A DNA stretch of 64,000 nt from Spirochaetia bacterium (GCA_049515135.1 JBEKUJ010000005.1:227252-291251); one strand, 5' to 3'; shown: positions 46,116-56,766, counted from the first letter of the stretch. The notes: generated by a model not told the origin, from the letters alone. A program made the numbers and translations.

Positions 46116-47210
46116 ATGAGCGTGATGAGCTTTTCCCGCGCGGTCCAGCCCGATGTATCCGAGCTGGTCGACATTCTGTTCCGACGCAGGCTTCCCGCGC
46201 GAGTCCATCACATCGAGCTTTTCCTCGACCCGGAGATCAAGGAAGCGGTTGTCCGGCGTTTCGGGCTGTGCGCAGATCTCGACAGGGCGGACCCGCTTTT
46301 CGAGACAAAACGGGACTTTGCCCTGCACTCCTTCCTGGGCTACGACGTGTTCCGTGTGGGTGTGGCCAGAAAGACTGTTTTCCAGACCGCAACAATTTCC
46401 GCGGCGGACACCACCAACCAGCCCGGCCAGAAACGGTCCGCGCGCGACTGGCAGGAAGAGCACGCGGGTCCCATCCAGGGATGGAAGGACTTCGAGAGCT
46501 ACCGCTGGCCCCGGGTGTCGGATATCAACTTCTCTCCCCTGGAGTGGCTGGAGCGCAACCTGCCGCCCTCCATGGGGTGTTTCGAGCTGACCGCTCATAT
46601 TTTCGAGATCCTCTCATTTCTCCTGGGCTATGAGACCCTCTGCTACGCCGTGGTCGATCAACCTGACCTCGTTGACGCCATACTGGAAAAGGCGGGCAGC
46701 TTCTACGTGGATTTCACAAGGACGCTGGTGGATTTTTCCCGCGTGGCGGTTGTCTGGGGCTCGGATGACCTGGGGTTCAGGTCCGGCACCATGATGTCGC
46801 CCGGCTTCCTCCGACAGAAGATCCTTCCCTGGCACAAGCGCTGCGCAGAGATTGCTCACGCAAAGGGAAAGCCGTACCTTCTTCACTCCTGCGGCAACCT
46901 GGATGAGATCATGGAGGACCTCATCACGGATGTCGGAATCGATGGGAAGCATTCGTTCGAGGATGCGATACTCCCGGTCACCGAGGCCAAGCGCCTCTAC
47001 GGCCAGCGCATTGCGCTCCTCGGCGGCATCGACATGGACTTCCTATGCAGGTCGGATGAGGCTTCCATCCGCCAGCGCGTGCGGGAAACGCTTTCGATCT
47101 GCGCGAGGGGAGGCGGGTATTGCCTCGGCACGGGCAACACGGTTGCCAACTTCGTGCCGCTGGACAACTACCTCTGCATGATTGATGAGGGGCGGCGATT
47201 CGCCGTGTGA
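46116..47210 (+). CDS. Uroporphyrinogen decarboxylase (URO-D) family protein, MtaA/CmuA-like methyltransferase paralog
   Basis: 364 aa. HSCGNLDEIMEDLITDVGIDGKHSFEDAI and LLGGIDMDFL match the family. It is immediately downstream of the DeoR gene. Confidence 0.8.
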   Translation: MSVMSFSRAVQPDVSELVDILFRRRLPARVHHIELFLDPEIKEAVVRRFGLCADLDRADPLFETKRDFALHSFLGYDVFRVGVARKTVFQTATISAADTTNQPGQKRSARDWQEEHAGPIQGWKDFESYRWPRVSDINFSPLEWLERNLPPSMGCFELTAHIFEILSFLLGYETLCYAVVDQPDLVDAILEKAGSFYVDFTRTLVDFSRVAVVWGSDDLGFRSGTMMSPGFLRQKILPWHKRCAEIAHAKGKPYLLHSCGNLDEIMEDLITDVGIDGKHSFEDAILPVTEAKRLYGQRIALLGGIDMDFLCRSDEASIRQRVRETLSICARGGGYCLGTGNTVANFVPLDNYLCMIDEGRRFAV

Positions 47211-47220
47211 GTGACCCCGG

Positions 47221-47661
47221 TCACTCGTCCAGCAGGCAGGGCAGGTAGAAACGCCGCATTGCCTTCAGAAGCTCGTCGGGTCCTTCCACCGTCCCCCGGG
47301 CGCTCGACAGCCTGTACAGGAGGGTATAGTTGCCCATGTAGCGGAAGGAGAAAGTGAACCTCTCGGACTCCGCGCCGTTTCGCTTCATGATGAAATCGAT
47401 GACGGCCTCGTTTCCGCTCATGCTTCGTGTTTCCAGCTGGAAGCTCACGATCGTTCCATCTCGCATGACGACCTGCTGGAACTTCGCGTCGCGGAACAGG
47501 GCCGCGAAGGTCCGGTTGCTGAAGTCTGAAACGCCGTCCTTCACGCACAGCCGGGAGCTCCAGACCGAGTCCGAGATGGCCGGGGCGGTCATTGCTGCGC
47601 CTGCTGGGAGGATGAGCAGCAGCAGGAGCAGGCCGGTAAACAGTTTTTTGTGCCTTTTCAT
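47221..47661 (-). CDS. Secreted hypothetical protein (146 aa)
   Basis: Signal peptide MKRHKKLFTGLLLLLLILPAGAAMTAPA. I recognise no family. Confidence 0.45.
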   Translation of the reverse strand: MKRHKKLFTGLLLLLLILPAGAAMTAPAISDSVWSSRLCVKDGVSDFSNRTFAALFRDAKFQQVVMRDGTIVSFQLETRSMSGNEAVIDFIMKRNGAESERFTFSFRYMGNYTLLYRLSSARGTVEGPDELLKAMRRFYLPCLLDE

Positions 47662-47750
47662 ACCGTCGGTACCTTGTATCGGGCGGCAAAATCATAATCT
47701 GAAACCGGAAATCGGCCCTTCCGTGACCACTCCCCGAGGCTGGTACCCAT

Positions 47751-47781
47751 CTTGACCTGGCTGGAAGGCCAAACTCATAAT
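47751..47781 (+). promoter_or_regulatory. Putative promoter of mtnA (TTGACC-N17-TCATAAT). The -10 element is one copy of a repeated AAA(T/C)TCATAATC motif.
   Basis: Hexamers read directly. The second repeat copy lies at 47688-47700. Confidence 0.3.
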
Positions 47782-47786
47782 CGCGC

Positions 47787-48902
47787 GTGCTTATGATAGA
47801 TCCTGTCCGGCTGGATGATGACGCCGGCGTCCTTGTCATTCTGGACCAGACCCGTCTTCCCGGCGAGACCGTTTTCCTGCGCTTGGGCAGCCCGGAGGAG
47901 ATCTGGGAGGCGATTTATGAGCTTCGCGTCCGGGGCGCTCCCGCCATCGGCATAGCGGCGGCGTACGGGGCCTATCTCGGAATCCGCGGCTCCACGGCAA
48001 AAACCTACGCGGAGCTGACTGAAGAGTTTGCCCGGGTGAAGAAATACCTTGCCTCGGCCCGTCCAACGGCTGTGAACCTCTTCTGGGCCCTGGACCGCAT
48101 GGAAGCGCGCCTGGCCAGGGCGCGGGGAGTAGCTCCTGCAGAGGCCAAGGCCGCATTAAAGGCTGAAGCGGAAGCCATCCGCGCGGAGGATGAGGAGGTG
48201 TGCCGCAGCATTGGAGAGCACTCCCTGGGACTCTTGCGGAAAGGCTGGGGTCTTCTCACGCATTGCAACGCCGGCGCACTGGCCACTGCGCGCTGGGGCA
48301 CTGCCACGGCGGCGATCTACCTTGGCAACCAGCGGGGGTACGCCTTCAAGGTCTATGCGGATGAGACCCGGCCGCTGCTGCAGGGATCCCGCCTTACGGC
48401 ATGGGAGCTGGTGCAGGCGGGAATCGACGTCACAGTCATTTGCGACAACATGGCTTCCATTGTCATGAAGCAGGGATGGGTTCAGGCCGTCCTGGTAGGC
48501 TGTGACCGGGTTGCGGCCAACGGCGATGCCGCCAACAAGATCGGCACGTCCGGCGTCGCCATCCTGGCGCGTCACTATGGGATTCCCTTCTATGTCCATG
48601 CGCCGCTTTCCTCTATCGACCTGAAATGCCCCACCGGCGCAGACATCCCCATCGAGTTGAGGAAAGAGGAGGAAGTTACCCGGAAGTGGTACTCCAGGCC
48701 CATGGCGCCCGAGGGGGTGAAGGTTTACAACCCCGCCTTCGACGTCACCGACCACGAGCTGATCACCGCAATAGTGACGGAGGGGGGGATCGCATGCCCG
48801 CCGTTCAGCGATTCGCTTGCGAAGCTTGCGTCGGCTCCCGTGGCGCTTCATCCCGGCCGGCAGACTTCCCCGCATCAAGGGCAGGCCGGTTGCGGCTCAT
48901 GA
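47787..48902 (+). CDS. mtnA: S-methyl-5-thioribose-1-phosphate isomerase (MtnA; eIF-2B alpha/beta/delta family)
   Basis: RGAPAIGIAAAYG, THCNAGALAT and GCDRVAANGDAANKIGT are hallmark motifs of the family. Start is GTG 47787 or ATG 47793. Confidence 0.8.
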   Translation: MLMIDPVRLDDDAGVLVILDQTRLPGETVFLRLGSPEEIWEAIYELRVRGAPAIGIAAAYGAYLGIRGSTAKTYAELTEEFARVKKYLASARPTAVNLFWALDRMEARLARARGVAPAEAKAALKAEAEAIRAEDEEVCRSIGEHSLGLLRKGWGLLTHCNAGALATARWGTATAAIYLGNQRGYAFKVYADETRPLLQGSRLTAWELVQAGIDVTVICDNMASIVMKQGWVQAVLVGCDRVAANGDAANKIGTSGVAILARHYGIPFYVHAPLSSIDLKCPTGADIPIELRKEEEVTRKWYSRPMAPEGVKVYNPAFDVTDHELITAIVTEGGIACPPFSDSLAKLASAPVALHPGRQTSPHQGQAGCGS

Positions 48903-48968
48903 GAGCGCTCGGCGCGAGAAGGGAGAACGCGGCGACGGATCGAGGGACGGTTCATGACAGCGCTGTTT

Positions 48969-51218
48969 TCAGGCTATGGGTCGCGCGCCGCCCGGCTGCG
49001 TTCCGGCTTTTGGGCGGACACGGGCAGAAGGAAGGACCGGCTTTGAAGGTGCGGCCGGCGCGGTCAATTCCTGTGCAGCAGCCGCCCGCTGAATCTCCTC
49101 ATTGGGTGCCTGATCGGCCTGAGCGGGGACCCGGGCAAAAGCCCTGGCCATCCCTTCGGCGTCCGCGGCTATCCTGAACTGCCCCACCAGCTTCTGCAGG
49201 TCCTGCGCCATGTGCGACAGCTCCTCCGTGGCCCCAGACATCTCCTCCGCAGAGGAGGCGGCCGCCTGCGTCAGCTCGTTCACGTGCTCCACCGCGCGCG
49301 ATACCTGGCGCGAGTTTGCCGTCTGCTCCTGGGTTGCCGCAGAGATGCCCTGGCTCATCTGGCTGACCTTCTCCAGCGCCCTGGCCAGCTCCCGAATGGC
49401 GGCTATCTGGCGCGACATGCTCCCCGACAGCTCCCCGATCATCTGCTGAACCTTCTGCGAGCTCTGCCGTATCTGCTCCATGGCCCCCGCCGAGCCGTTG
49501 GCAATTTCCACCCCCAGGGTCACGTTCTTCACGCTCTCCTTGATCAGTCCCTCGATCTCCTTGGTGGAGGCCGAGGAGCGGTCAGCCAGCTTGCTGACCT
49601 CCTGGGCCACAACCGCAAACCCCCGCCCGTGCTCACCAGCCCTGGCCGCCTCGATGGAGGCGTTCAGGGCCAGAAGGTTTGTCTGATCTGCGATGTCGGA
49701 GATGACCTCCACGATCCCCCCGATCTTCTGCGAGCTCTCGGCGATGCGCGTGATGCCCTCCACCACCTGGTTGACCGCCTGCGCCCCTTCCTGGCTCTTC
49801 TGCACCGACTGGTTGGCAAGCGTGGAGATCTCCCCCAGGCTGTGGGAGACCTCATCGATGGACTTCTGCACGTGCTCCATGGAGGTGGCTCCCTGGGTGA
49901 CCGCAGCCACCTGCGTCTTGGCATGCTCGCTGACCTGGTCCACGCTGGCCGAAAGCTCTTCCACCGATGCGGAAGTCTGTTCCAGGGTGGAGGCCTGGCT
50001 CTGCGCCCCCTCGGCCAGCGACTGCGCGCTGGCCGATATCTGCCCGCTTGCGCTTGCCACCTGGTGGGCGCTCTCCTGCACCGTGGCCACCATGGTGGCA
50101 AGCCGCGTGGACATTCCGTTCAGCGCCTCGGCAAGCCTGCCCACCTCGTCGCGCTGGTTGATGGGCAGCCGCTGGGTGAAGTCCCCCGAGGCGATGGTCT
50201 GGGCAAAGGCCACCCCCTTGGCCAGGGGCACGGTGATGGAGCGGGAGAAAAGCACGTAGATGAAGAAGGCCAGCACCAGAGCCCCGACACTGATGACCAG
50301 AAAGAGGGTGCGCAGGCTCGCTGCCGTGAGGATGTAGGTGTCTTCGGTCTCATCCATGGAAAGAGCCGCGCTCCATCCAATTCCTTTCACGGACGCGTAC
50401 CCCGCCTTCTTGGACTGGCCTTCAAAAGTGAACAGGCCGACGCCTGATCCGCCGGCGACCATGCTTGTCGCGAGGTTCTTCATCCCAGGATCCTGGAGCG
50501 CGTTCAACGTCAGGATGTACTTCACCTCGGGATGCGCAATCACTTCGCCATTCTGATCAAGGACGAAGGCATATCCCCTCAGCCCGATCCTCTCGTCCGC
50601 GATGACCTCATTGAGGAACGTGATGTTGATGAAAATGACGTAGACGCCAACGATGGTGCCGCTGTCTGAAATGCGGATGGGCGTCGCGATGGGGACAACG
50701 GGCAGGCTGGTAACCTTGCTGGAGAAGATCTCTCCGATGTTCGTCACCCCGCTGAAAGCCTGCTGGAAGTACGGTGTTCCGGCGATGGACGTTCCCGTCC
50801 AGCCGGGATTCGAAGAAGAGAAAACGTCACCGTTCTTGTCCGCCACGACAGCGGCTTCGTAGGTCCAGTGGATCAGGGGGTTCGTTTCGAAGGGGGACAG
50901 CCTCCTGCTGATCTCACCGACGACGTCCCCTGCCTTGGCGACTCCCTTTTCATTCACGGCGCTGGCAGCCTGAATGATATCGAAATCATTTGCCTGAACC
51001 AGAGCGAATCTCCTCTCCTCCGTGAGGACGCGATCGATGTTCCGGGAGATTTCCTGTGATCGGCTGATCAGCTGATCATTTCCAAGTTTTGCGAGGGCGG
51101 CGCTGGATCGCGTGATGGCAAGAAAGGCCAGCAGAGCAAGCGGCACGATCATGAGAATTGTTCCCACGATGACCAGCTTGAAGCCGATGCGGATGTTCCT
51201 CATATTCCTGTCTCCCAT
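48969..51218 (-). CDS. Methyl-accepting chemotaxis protein (periplasmic Cache-like sensor, HAMP, MCP signalling domain)
   Basis: An N-terminal TM, a roughly 270-aa periplasmic domain and a second TM are followed by [35 protein letters not shown] is the conserved MCP core. The start is more likely ATG 51203 (MRNIRIG, preceded by AGGA). Confidence 0.8.
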   Translation of the reverse strand: MGDRNMRNIRIGFKLVIVGTILMIVPLALLAFLAITRSSAALAKLGNDQLISRSQEISRNIDRVLTEERRFALVQANDFDIIQAASAVNEKGVAKAGDVVGEISRRLSPFETNPLIHWTYEAAVVADKNGDVFSSSNPGWTGTSIAGTPYFQQAFSGVTNIGEIFSSKVTSLPVVPIATPIRISDSGTIVGVYVIFINITFLNEVIADERIGLRGYAFVLDQNGEVIAHPEVKYILTLNALQDPGMKNLATSMVAGGSGVGLFTFEGQSKKAGYASVKGIGWSAALSMDETEDTYILTAASLRTLFLVISVGALVLAFFIYVLFSRSITVPLAKGVAFAQTIASGDFTQRLPINQRDEVGRLAEALNGMSTRLATMVATVQESAHQVASASGQISASAQSLAEGAQSQASTLEQTSASVEELSASVDQVSEHAKTQVAAVTQGATSMEHVQKSIDEVSHSLGEISTLANQSVQKSQEGAQAVNQVVEGITRIAESSQKIGGIVEVISDIADQTNLLALNASIEAARAGEHGRGFAVVAQEVSKLADRSSASTKEIEGLIKESVKNVTLGVEIANGSAGAMEQIRQSSQKVQQMIGELSGSMSRQIAAIRELARALEKVSQMSQGISAATQEQTANSRQVSRAVEHVNELTQAAASSAEEMSGATEELSHMAQDLQKLVGQFRIAADAEGMARAFARVPAQADQAPNEEIQRAAAAQELTAPAAPSKPVLPSARVRPKAGTQPGGARPIA

Positions 51219-51314
51219 CGCGTCTGAGAGTAGCGGACATTATACCACGGAAATGGATATAATTGAACAATTTTAGAAAAACCGGTTTCGAAAAAAGGCC
51301 ACGGGGCGACAGAC

Positions 51315-52109
51315 TTAATCCTCGGACAGATGGAACCTTACACTAATAACGACGCTTGAAGCAACAGGTTTTCCGTTTTTTACAGCAGGGAGAAACCGGG
51401 TTCTCTTGACGGCATCGAGAGCGGCATTGTCAAGGGACGCGAAGCCCGAGGAAGCTCTTATCGCTTCTTCAATGACAATTCCCCGGTCGTCGATGTCTGC
51501 GCGGACCTTGACCAGCCCCTGCTGGCCGAGTTTCCTCGCTGAAGCGGGGTAGGGAGCCGAGATCGATTGCAAGGGCACTGGATCGATATCGGAGATCGTG
51601 GGAGGGGGCTCGCCAGCCGGCCCGGACATCGATTCACCGGCCCCGCCGTTCCCTGATCCGCCAGGGCCCGCGTTTCCTAAGCCGTCTCCTGCAGGTGCAG
51701 CTCCGCTGGTCCCCGTGCTTGCACCCGCGCCGGCTTCCGTCGGCGCGGCCTGCCCGCCCGGCTCAACAGCGCCTTGAGCCGGGGGAGGTGATGGTTGCGG
51801 GACAGCGAGCTGCGGCGGCGTGGGCTGCGGCAGCGTCAGCGTTCTGGGAGCCGGGGCGGCGGCAGGCCGCGGGGGTGTTCGCGAGGCAGAAGCCGCGGAG
51901 CGCCGGGCCGCCGATCGCGGCACGGACGAGCCTCCATCGCCGCCTTGCCCTCCAGTGCCGGAAAGCTGCACCTCCACCAGCTCTATCCTTGCTCTGGTGA
52001 CGGCCGGGGTACCGGTCGTGAGGAGACGCGTGAAAACCAGGAAGAGAAGGGCGTGCGCCGCAAGCGCAAGCGCGACAGAGGGGATGAAATGGCCACCCTT
52101 CTCTTTCAT
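51315..52109 (-). CDS. tonB: Energy transducer TonB
   Basis: N-terminal TM, a long Pro/Ala-rich spacer and a C-terminal TonB_C-like domain (LVKVRADIDDRGIV...VVISVRF). Confidence 0.7.
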   Translation of the reverse strand: MKEKGGHFIPSVALALAAHALLFLVFTRLLTTGTPAVTRARIELVEVQLSGTGGQGGDGGSSVPRSAARRSAASASRTPPRPAAAPAPRTLTLPQPTPPQLAVPQPSPPPAQGAVEPGGQAAPTEAGAGASTGTSGAAPAGDGLGNAGPGGSGNGGAGESMSGPAGEPPPTISDIDPVPLQSISAPYPASARKLGQQGLVKVRADIDDRGIVIEEAIRASSGFASLDNAALDAVKRTRFLPAVKNGKPVASSVVISVRFHLSED

Positions 52110-52115
52110 TTCTTT

Positions 52116-54140
52116 CTACAGCTTCAGCTGCATGCCCGTCACGATCGAGAACGGGGGCATGGGGTAGCCGGGATCGGATGGGCCGAAGCCCGCCTCAGTA
52201 TAGTAGGTTGCGTTCAAAATGTTCAGCAGCTTTATCGAGAAAGACATGCTTTCCGACACCGTGAGCGCATATTCGGCGTTCAGGAGAACATACCCGGGGA
52301 GCATCCATGAGGGGTAATTGACAGGACTGACGAGCTTCCGGCCTACGTACTGCACCTCTATTCCAGCGCTGTTGATCTTGTCTAGGTACCGGGCAGCGAT
52401 GCTCGCATTGTGCACGGGGATATACGGAACCCGCAGGTCGTCGGAAGGGCCGTAGCTCTGCCCAAGGTACTGAAGCAGCAGGCTGTAGATGAAAGTGTAG
52501 CTGGCCTGCAGGGACACCCGATCCGTCAGAGCCGCCGTGGCGTGGATCTCGGCCCCGGGGAGAAAGGATTCCTGGATATTCACGGGCGTTTCGACATAGA
52601 CGGCGGGCTGGCTCGGAGAGTTGTTGTAGCTGCCCCATCCGATCTGGTTGAACAGAAGTCTCGCAAAGACGGCCATCTCGAATGAGAACACCTTGCCGGC
52701 ATGCGCCGCTCCGATCTCACTATTGTACGATGTCTCGGGCTTCAGGCTCTGATTGCCATAAGAATAGTAGGTGTTGCCAGCATAGGAGCCGTCATAAGAA
52801 TACCAGTAAAGATCCTCGAAAGTCGGCACCCGGTATGCGCTGCCGACGGAGGCCTTGAGTGAGGTCACATCCGAGAGAAGGAGCACGGTCCCGATCTGCC
52901 AGGAAAAGGAGCCGGTAAAATCCGAATAATAGTCATAGCGCACCGAGGGGGTGACCATGAGAGGCTGCACGGGGGAGAAGGGCAGTGAGACGAAACCGGC
53001 CAGCGTGAGCCTGTCCTTCTGCGAGGAAAGATTGGTGCTGTCCACAGCCTCATACGACCCTGTGCCTCCGTAGACAGCCGACGCAGCATCAGCGAAGGCG
53101 AACTTCTGCGTGAGATCGATGCTGGCGGCGTTGCCGGTATGGGTGCTGGTGAACGCGGAGGGTTGAACCGGGTTTTGAAGATACTCCGTGGAATATCGAT
53201 ACGAGCCTTTCACGTCCAGCGAGAGCCTGTCATTGAAGAAGCTGCTCGTGCCGTACGAAAATGAGCCGGTCGCGGAAGTATCTTCCTGCGTCTCCTGGCT
53301 GCTGACTCCCAACAGCGAGCCCGGTACGCCAATGAAGGAATGGGTGAATGTGCCCCTGGTGGAGAACGAGCCTCCCAGGAGCGGAAGATCCAGTCCCGCA
53401 TATGCGCTCTGGGCAAGGTCCTGGGCATTGTTCCTCACCCTCCAGTCCCCGAGGTTCGCCGTGTCGTCCCAGACGAAGGCGTTCATTGCCCGGGTGAAGG
53501 AACCACCCCCGGTCAGGCCGACATCGCCCAGCTTGCCGGCAAGTGAAAAGTTCACGTTCTGGTTGTCGAAAAGACTCATGGCGGAGGCGGGGACGAAATA
53601 GCTCCCTGATTCATTGACCCCATTCGCGTCATGGGGAACATAGCTGCCATTCGTAATGGCCAGGTTGATGCCCGGCGCGCCGGCCTTCTTTGTTATGATG
53701 TTGATTACTCCGCCCACGGCGCCGGTCCCCCAGAGGGAGCTTGCGCCGCCGCGCACAATCTCGATGTGGTCGATGGCGTCAACCGGGATCTGTGAGAGGT
53801 CCACGGACCCGTCAAAGCTCGAGTTCAGCCGGTTCCCGTCCACCAGGACAAGGACCTGGGACGACGTGGATCCACGGATGCTGACGGTCTTTGTCTGGCC
53901 CTGAGGACCGTAGTCGTTGACCACGACGCCGCTCTGAGCTGCGAGCACGGCGGAAAGATCAGCGGCGCCGGACTGCTGGATATCCTTGTCAGTGATGACC
54001 GTGACAAAGCTCGGCGAGTTGAGGATGTCGGTGGGTTCCCGGGTGGCAGTGATGACCACCTCCGGCAGCTCGGGCAGGTCTTCCGCCCACGCGCGAGCGC
54101 TCAAGAGGGCCACGGCAAAAAGCGCGATCCTTGTGTCCAT
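52116..54140 (-). CDS. TonB-dependent outer-membrane receptor
   Basis: Signal peptide MDTRIALFAVALLSARAWA. The plug region is VVITATREPTDILNSPSFVTVI...AADLSAVL. A long beta-barrel rich in Y/G/S/T follows. Confidence 0.75.
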   Translation of the reverse strand: MDTRIALFAVALLSARAWAEDLPELPEVVITATREPTDILNSPSFVTVITDKDIQQSGAADLSAVLAAQSGVVVNDYGPQGQTKTVSIRGSTSSQVLVLVDGNRLNSSFDGSVDLSQIPVDAIDHIEIVRGGASSLWGTGAVGGVINIITKKAGAPGINLAITNGSYVPHDANGVNESGSYFVPASAMSLFDNQNVNFSLAGKLGDVGLTGGGSFTRAMNAFVWDDTANLGDWRVRNNAQDLAQSAYAGLDLPLLGGSFSTRGTFTHSFIGVPGSLLGVSSQETQEDTSATGSFSYGTSSFFNDRLSLDVKGSYRYSTEYLQNPVQPSAFTSTHTGNAASIDLTQKFAFADAASAVYGGTGSYEAVDSTNLSSQKDRLTLAGFVSLPFSPVQPLMVTPSVRYDYYSDFTGSFSWQIGTVLLLSDVTSLKASVGSAYRVPTFEDLYWYSYDGSYAGNTYYSYGNQSLKPETSYNSEIGAAHAGKVFSFEMAVFARLLFNQIGWGSYNNSPSQPAVYVETPVNIQESFLPGAEIHATAALTDRVSLQASYTFIYSLLLQYLGQSYGPSDDLRVPYIPVHNASIAARYLDKINSAGIEVQYVGRKLVSPVNYPSWMLPGYVLLNAEYALTVSESMSFSIKLLNILNATYYTEAGFGPSDPGYPMPPFSIVTGMQLKL

Positions 54141-54505
54141 TCGGACTCTCCGGCAGTTCTCCCCGGGCCTTCTTTCCGGATCCTGACAGGATGTGAAAGG
54201 TGTGGTGATGAAAGGCAAAAGACAGCGCCATGCAACCCTTTCCTCGAAGGCACTCGGGTTCCCGGGATCGTCTCCTGGCTCTCGGATCACCTTACTTGCA
54301 GCGCCTTCTCACCCCTCCTGGGACGAGGTGATGGCTGTCAGAACGTCGCCGTTCCTGCTGCTTTCATCCCCGATGACAGTGGCGGGACCGCTGCGGAATT
54401 GCACCGCATTCCGTTGTCCCTGGAACGAACAGCGCAGGTCCTTCATACGTGAATTGCCCCCGCGCGTCAAGGCCGGTTATGATAGGCGGGAAAGGAGGGG
54501 ACCCG

Positions 54506-54876
54506 TGGCTGAGAATCAGAAGTATTCAATCAACCTGGACGCCAAGTTCGGCCCCCTGGAGCTGATCGATGTCCCGGGGCTGGTCGCAGCGTGCACGGAG
54601 GAATGGTTCAACCAGACTCTCTGCCAGGTGAACCAGAGCGTGGTCCGGCTAGGGATCCTGCACGGCGAGTTCCATTGGCACAAGCATGACCAGGAGGACG
54701 AGTTTTTCCTTGTCCTCCAGGGCAGGCTCCTCATCGACCTGGAGGGGCGCGTGGTGACCCTTGAGCAGCACCAGGGTTTCATGGTCCCGCGCACGGTGCT
54801 CCACAGGACCAGGGCGCCTGAGCGGACGGTGGTCCTGATGGTGGAGAAAAGCTCGGTACAACCCACCGGGGATTGA
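54506..54876 (+). CDS. Cupin-domain protein
   Basis: GTG start preceded by AGGAGG. HGEFHWHKHDQEDEFFLVLQGRL is a cupin motif with metal-binding His residues. Confidence 0.6.
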
Positions 54877-54885
54877 GCTGGAAGA

Positions 54886-56766
54886 ATGGTTGCCGTTTCA
54901 GGATCACGCTTCATCGATGAGCATGGCCGCGCGCTCATGCTGCGCGGCGCAAACCTCGGCGGGTCCAGCAAGGTCCCGCGAAGACCGGACGGCGCCACGC
55001 ACGTGCGCGAGGGGTTCCTGGACCACCGCCACGTCTCCTTTGTCGGGCGGCCTTTTGCGCTGGAAGAGGCGGAGGAGCATTTCGCGCGGCTTTCGCAGTG
55101 GGGGCTGACCTTCCTGCGGTTTCTGGTCACCTGGGAGGCCGTGGAGCATGCCGGACCGGGGATCCATGACCAGGAGTACCTGGACTATCTCCGCGCAGTG
55201 ATCGCCGGGGCGGGCCGGCATGGCATTCACGTTCTCATCGACCCTCACCAGGACGTGTGGAGCAGGTGGTGCGGCGGCGACGGGGCTCCCGGATGGACTC
55301 TGGAAGCCGCCGGGTTCGACCTCGCGCGTCTTGATGAAACCGGGGCTGCCATCACCCATCAGGCCATCGGAGATCCCCTCCCGCAGATGATCTGGCCAAC
55401 GAACAGCGGCAAGCTCGCGGCCGCAACCATGTTCACGCTTTTTTTCGGGGGGAACGATTTCGCGCCCCGCACGACAGTGAGGGGCGAAGCGATCCAGGAA
55501 TACCTCCAGCGTCATTACATCGCGGCCGTCAGCGCCGTTGCGCGCCGTCTCAAGGACCTGCCGAATGTCGTCGGATATGACACAATGAACGAGCCGCTTC
55601 CCGGCTACATCGGCTGGAAGGACCTCGATGCGGCAGGCGGGATCGTCACGCTGGGCGACTGTCCGACAGCTTTCCAGGGAATGCTCCTTGGCGCCGGCTG
55701 CCCCCAGGACGTGGAAGTGCGGCGCATGGGGTTTGCCCGCATCAGGCGCGTCGGGACCAGGACGGTAAATCCCGAGGGGCTCCGTGCGTGGCTTCCCGGG
55801 CATGATTGCGTTTGGCGGCAGAACGGGGTGTGGGACGTGGACCCCTCCGGAAAGCCCTTCCTTCTGCGCCCGGACCATTTCACCCGCGGACCGACCGGCA
55901 ACGCCGACTTTACAGAGGATTACTACCGCCCGTTCGCCCGGCGTTTTACCCGCGCAATCCGTGAAGCAGATCCGCGCGCAGTGATATTCATCGAAGCTGA
56001 AGCGAACCGCCGGCCCCCGAGCTGGTCAGCGGAGGACGGAGCAAACGTGGTCTTTGCGCCTCACTGGTATGATGATCTGGTCCTTGCAAAGAAGCATTTT
56101 TCCCCCTGGATGGCCGTGGATTCCGCACGGATGAAGGTCGTGCTGGGCCTCGGGGCGGTCCGCCGGTCCCTGCGGAAGCAGTTGTCACGGCTTTTGCGCG
56201 TGGCGCGGGAGCGCGCGGGAGGCATCCCGACCCTGCTGGCGGAGTTCGGGACGCCGTTCGACCTCGACAGACGCGGGGCGTATCGGACGGGCGACTTCAG
56301 CGCGCAGGAGAACGCTCTGGATCGGAGCTTCGCTGCCATCGAAGAGAACCTGCTGTCCTGCGCAATCTGGAATTACTGCGCGGACAACACAAACGCGCGC
56401 GGCGACCAGTGGAACGCGGAGGACCTGTCCATCTTCAGCAGGGACCAGCGCACGGAGGCGGCAGACATCAATTCCGGAGGCCGGGCGCTGCGCGCGTTCG
56501 TGCGGCCGTATCCGCGCGCAACGGCAGGGGAGATTGTGCGCATGCGCTTCGACATGAGGCGCCGCGTCTTCGAGCTTGTGCTCCGTCACAACCCGCTGGT
56601 CAACGCGCCAACAGAAATTTTTGTTCCACGGCTGCAGTATCCGCGCGGCTTTCACGCCCGGGTGAGCGACGGCGTGGTGGTGCCCAGACCGGAGTGCCAG
56701 ATCCTGGAATACCATCACGGGACACGGCGGGCAGAGCACTGGCTCCGCCTTGCGCCGAAAACCTGA
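54886..56766 (+). CDS. Glycoside hydrolase family 5 protein (endoglycoceramidase/cellulase-like) with a C-terminal beta-sandwich domain
   Basis: VVGYDTMNEP has the catalytic acid/base NEP, and TLLAEFG is a nucleophile-Glu context. Confidence 0.7.
   Translation: MVAVSGSRFIDEHGRALMLRGANLGGSSKVPRRPDGATHVREGFLDHRHVSFVGRPFALEEAEEHFARLSQWGLTFLRFLVTWEAVEHAGPGIHDQEYLDYLRAVIAGAGRHGIHVLIDPHQDVWSRWCGGDGAPGWTLEAAGFDLARLDETGAAITHQAIGDPLPQMIWPTNSGKLAAATMFTLFFGGNDFAPRTTVRGEAIQEYLQRHYIAAVSAVARRLKDLPNVVGYDTMNEPLPGYIGWKDLDAAGGIVTLGDCPTAFQGMLLGAGCPQDVEVRRMGFARIRRVGTRTVNPEGLRAWLPGHDCVWRQNGVWDVDPSGKPFLLRPDHFTRGPTGNADFTEDYYRPFARRFTRAIREADPRAVIFIEAEANRRPPSWSAEDGANVVFAPHWYDDLVLAKKHFSPWMAVDSARMKVVLGLGAVRRSLRKQLSRLLRVARERAGGIPTLLAEFGTPFDLDRRGAYRTGDFSAQENALDRSFAAIEENLLSCAIWNYCADNTNARGDQWNAEDLSIFSRDQRTEAADINSGGRALRAFVRPYPRATAGEIVRMRFDMRRRVFELVLRHNPLVNAPTEIFVPRLQYPRGFHARVSDGVVVPRPECQILEYHHGTRRAEHWLRLAPKT

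Noticed and set aside
51219-51314. AT-rich spacer between tonB and the MCP gene
   Set aside because: I looked for a terminator hairpin but found only weak, imperfect stems. It is probably just the MCP promoter region, and nothing distinctive is supportable.
54904-55878. 324-aa minus ORF inside the GH5 gene
   Set aside because: It is antisense to a gene with clear GH5 catalytic motifs, and its composition is Arg/Pro-rich.
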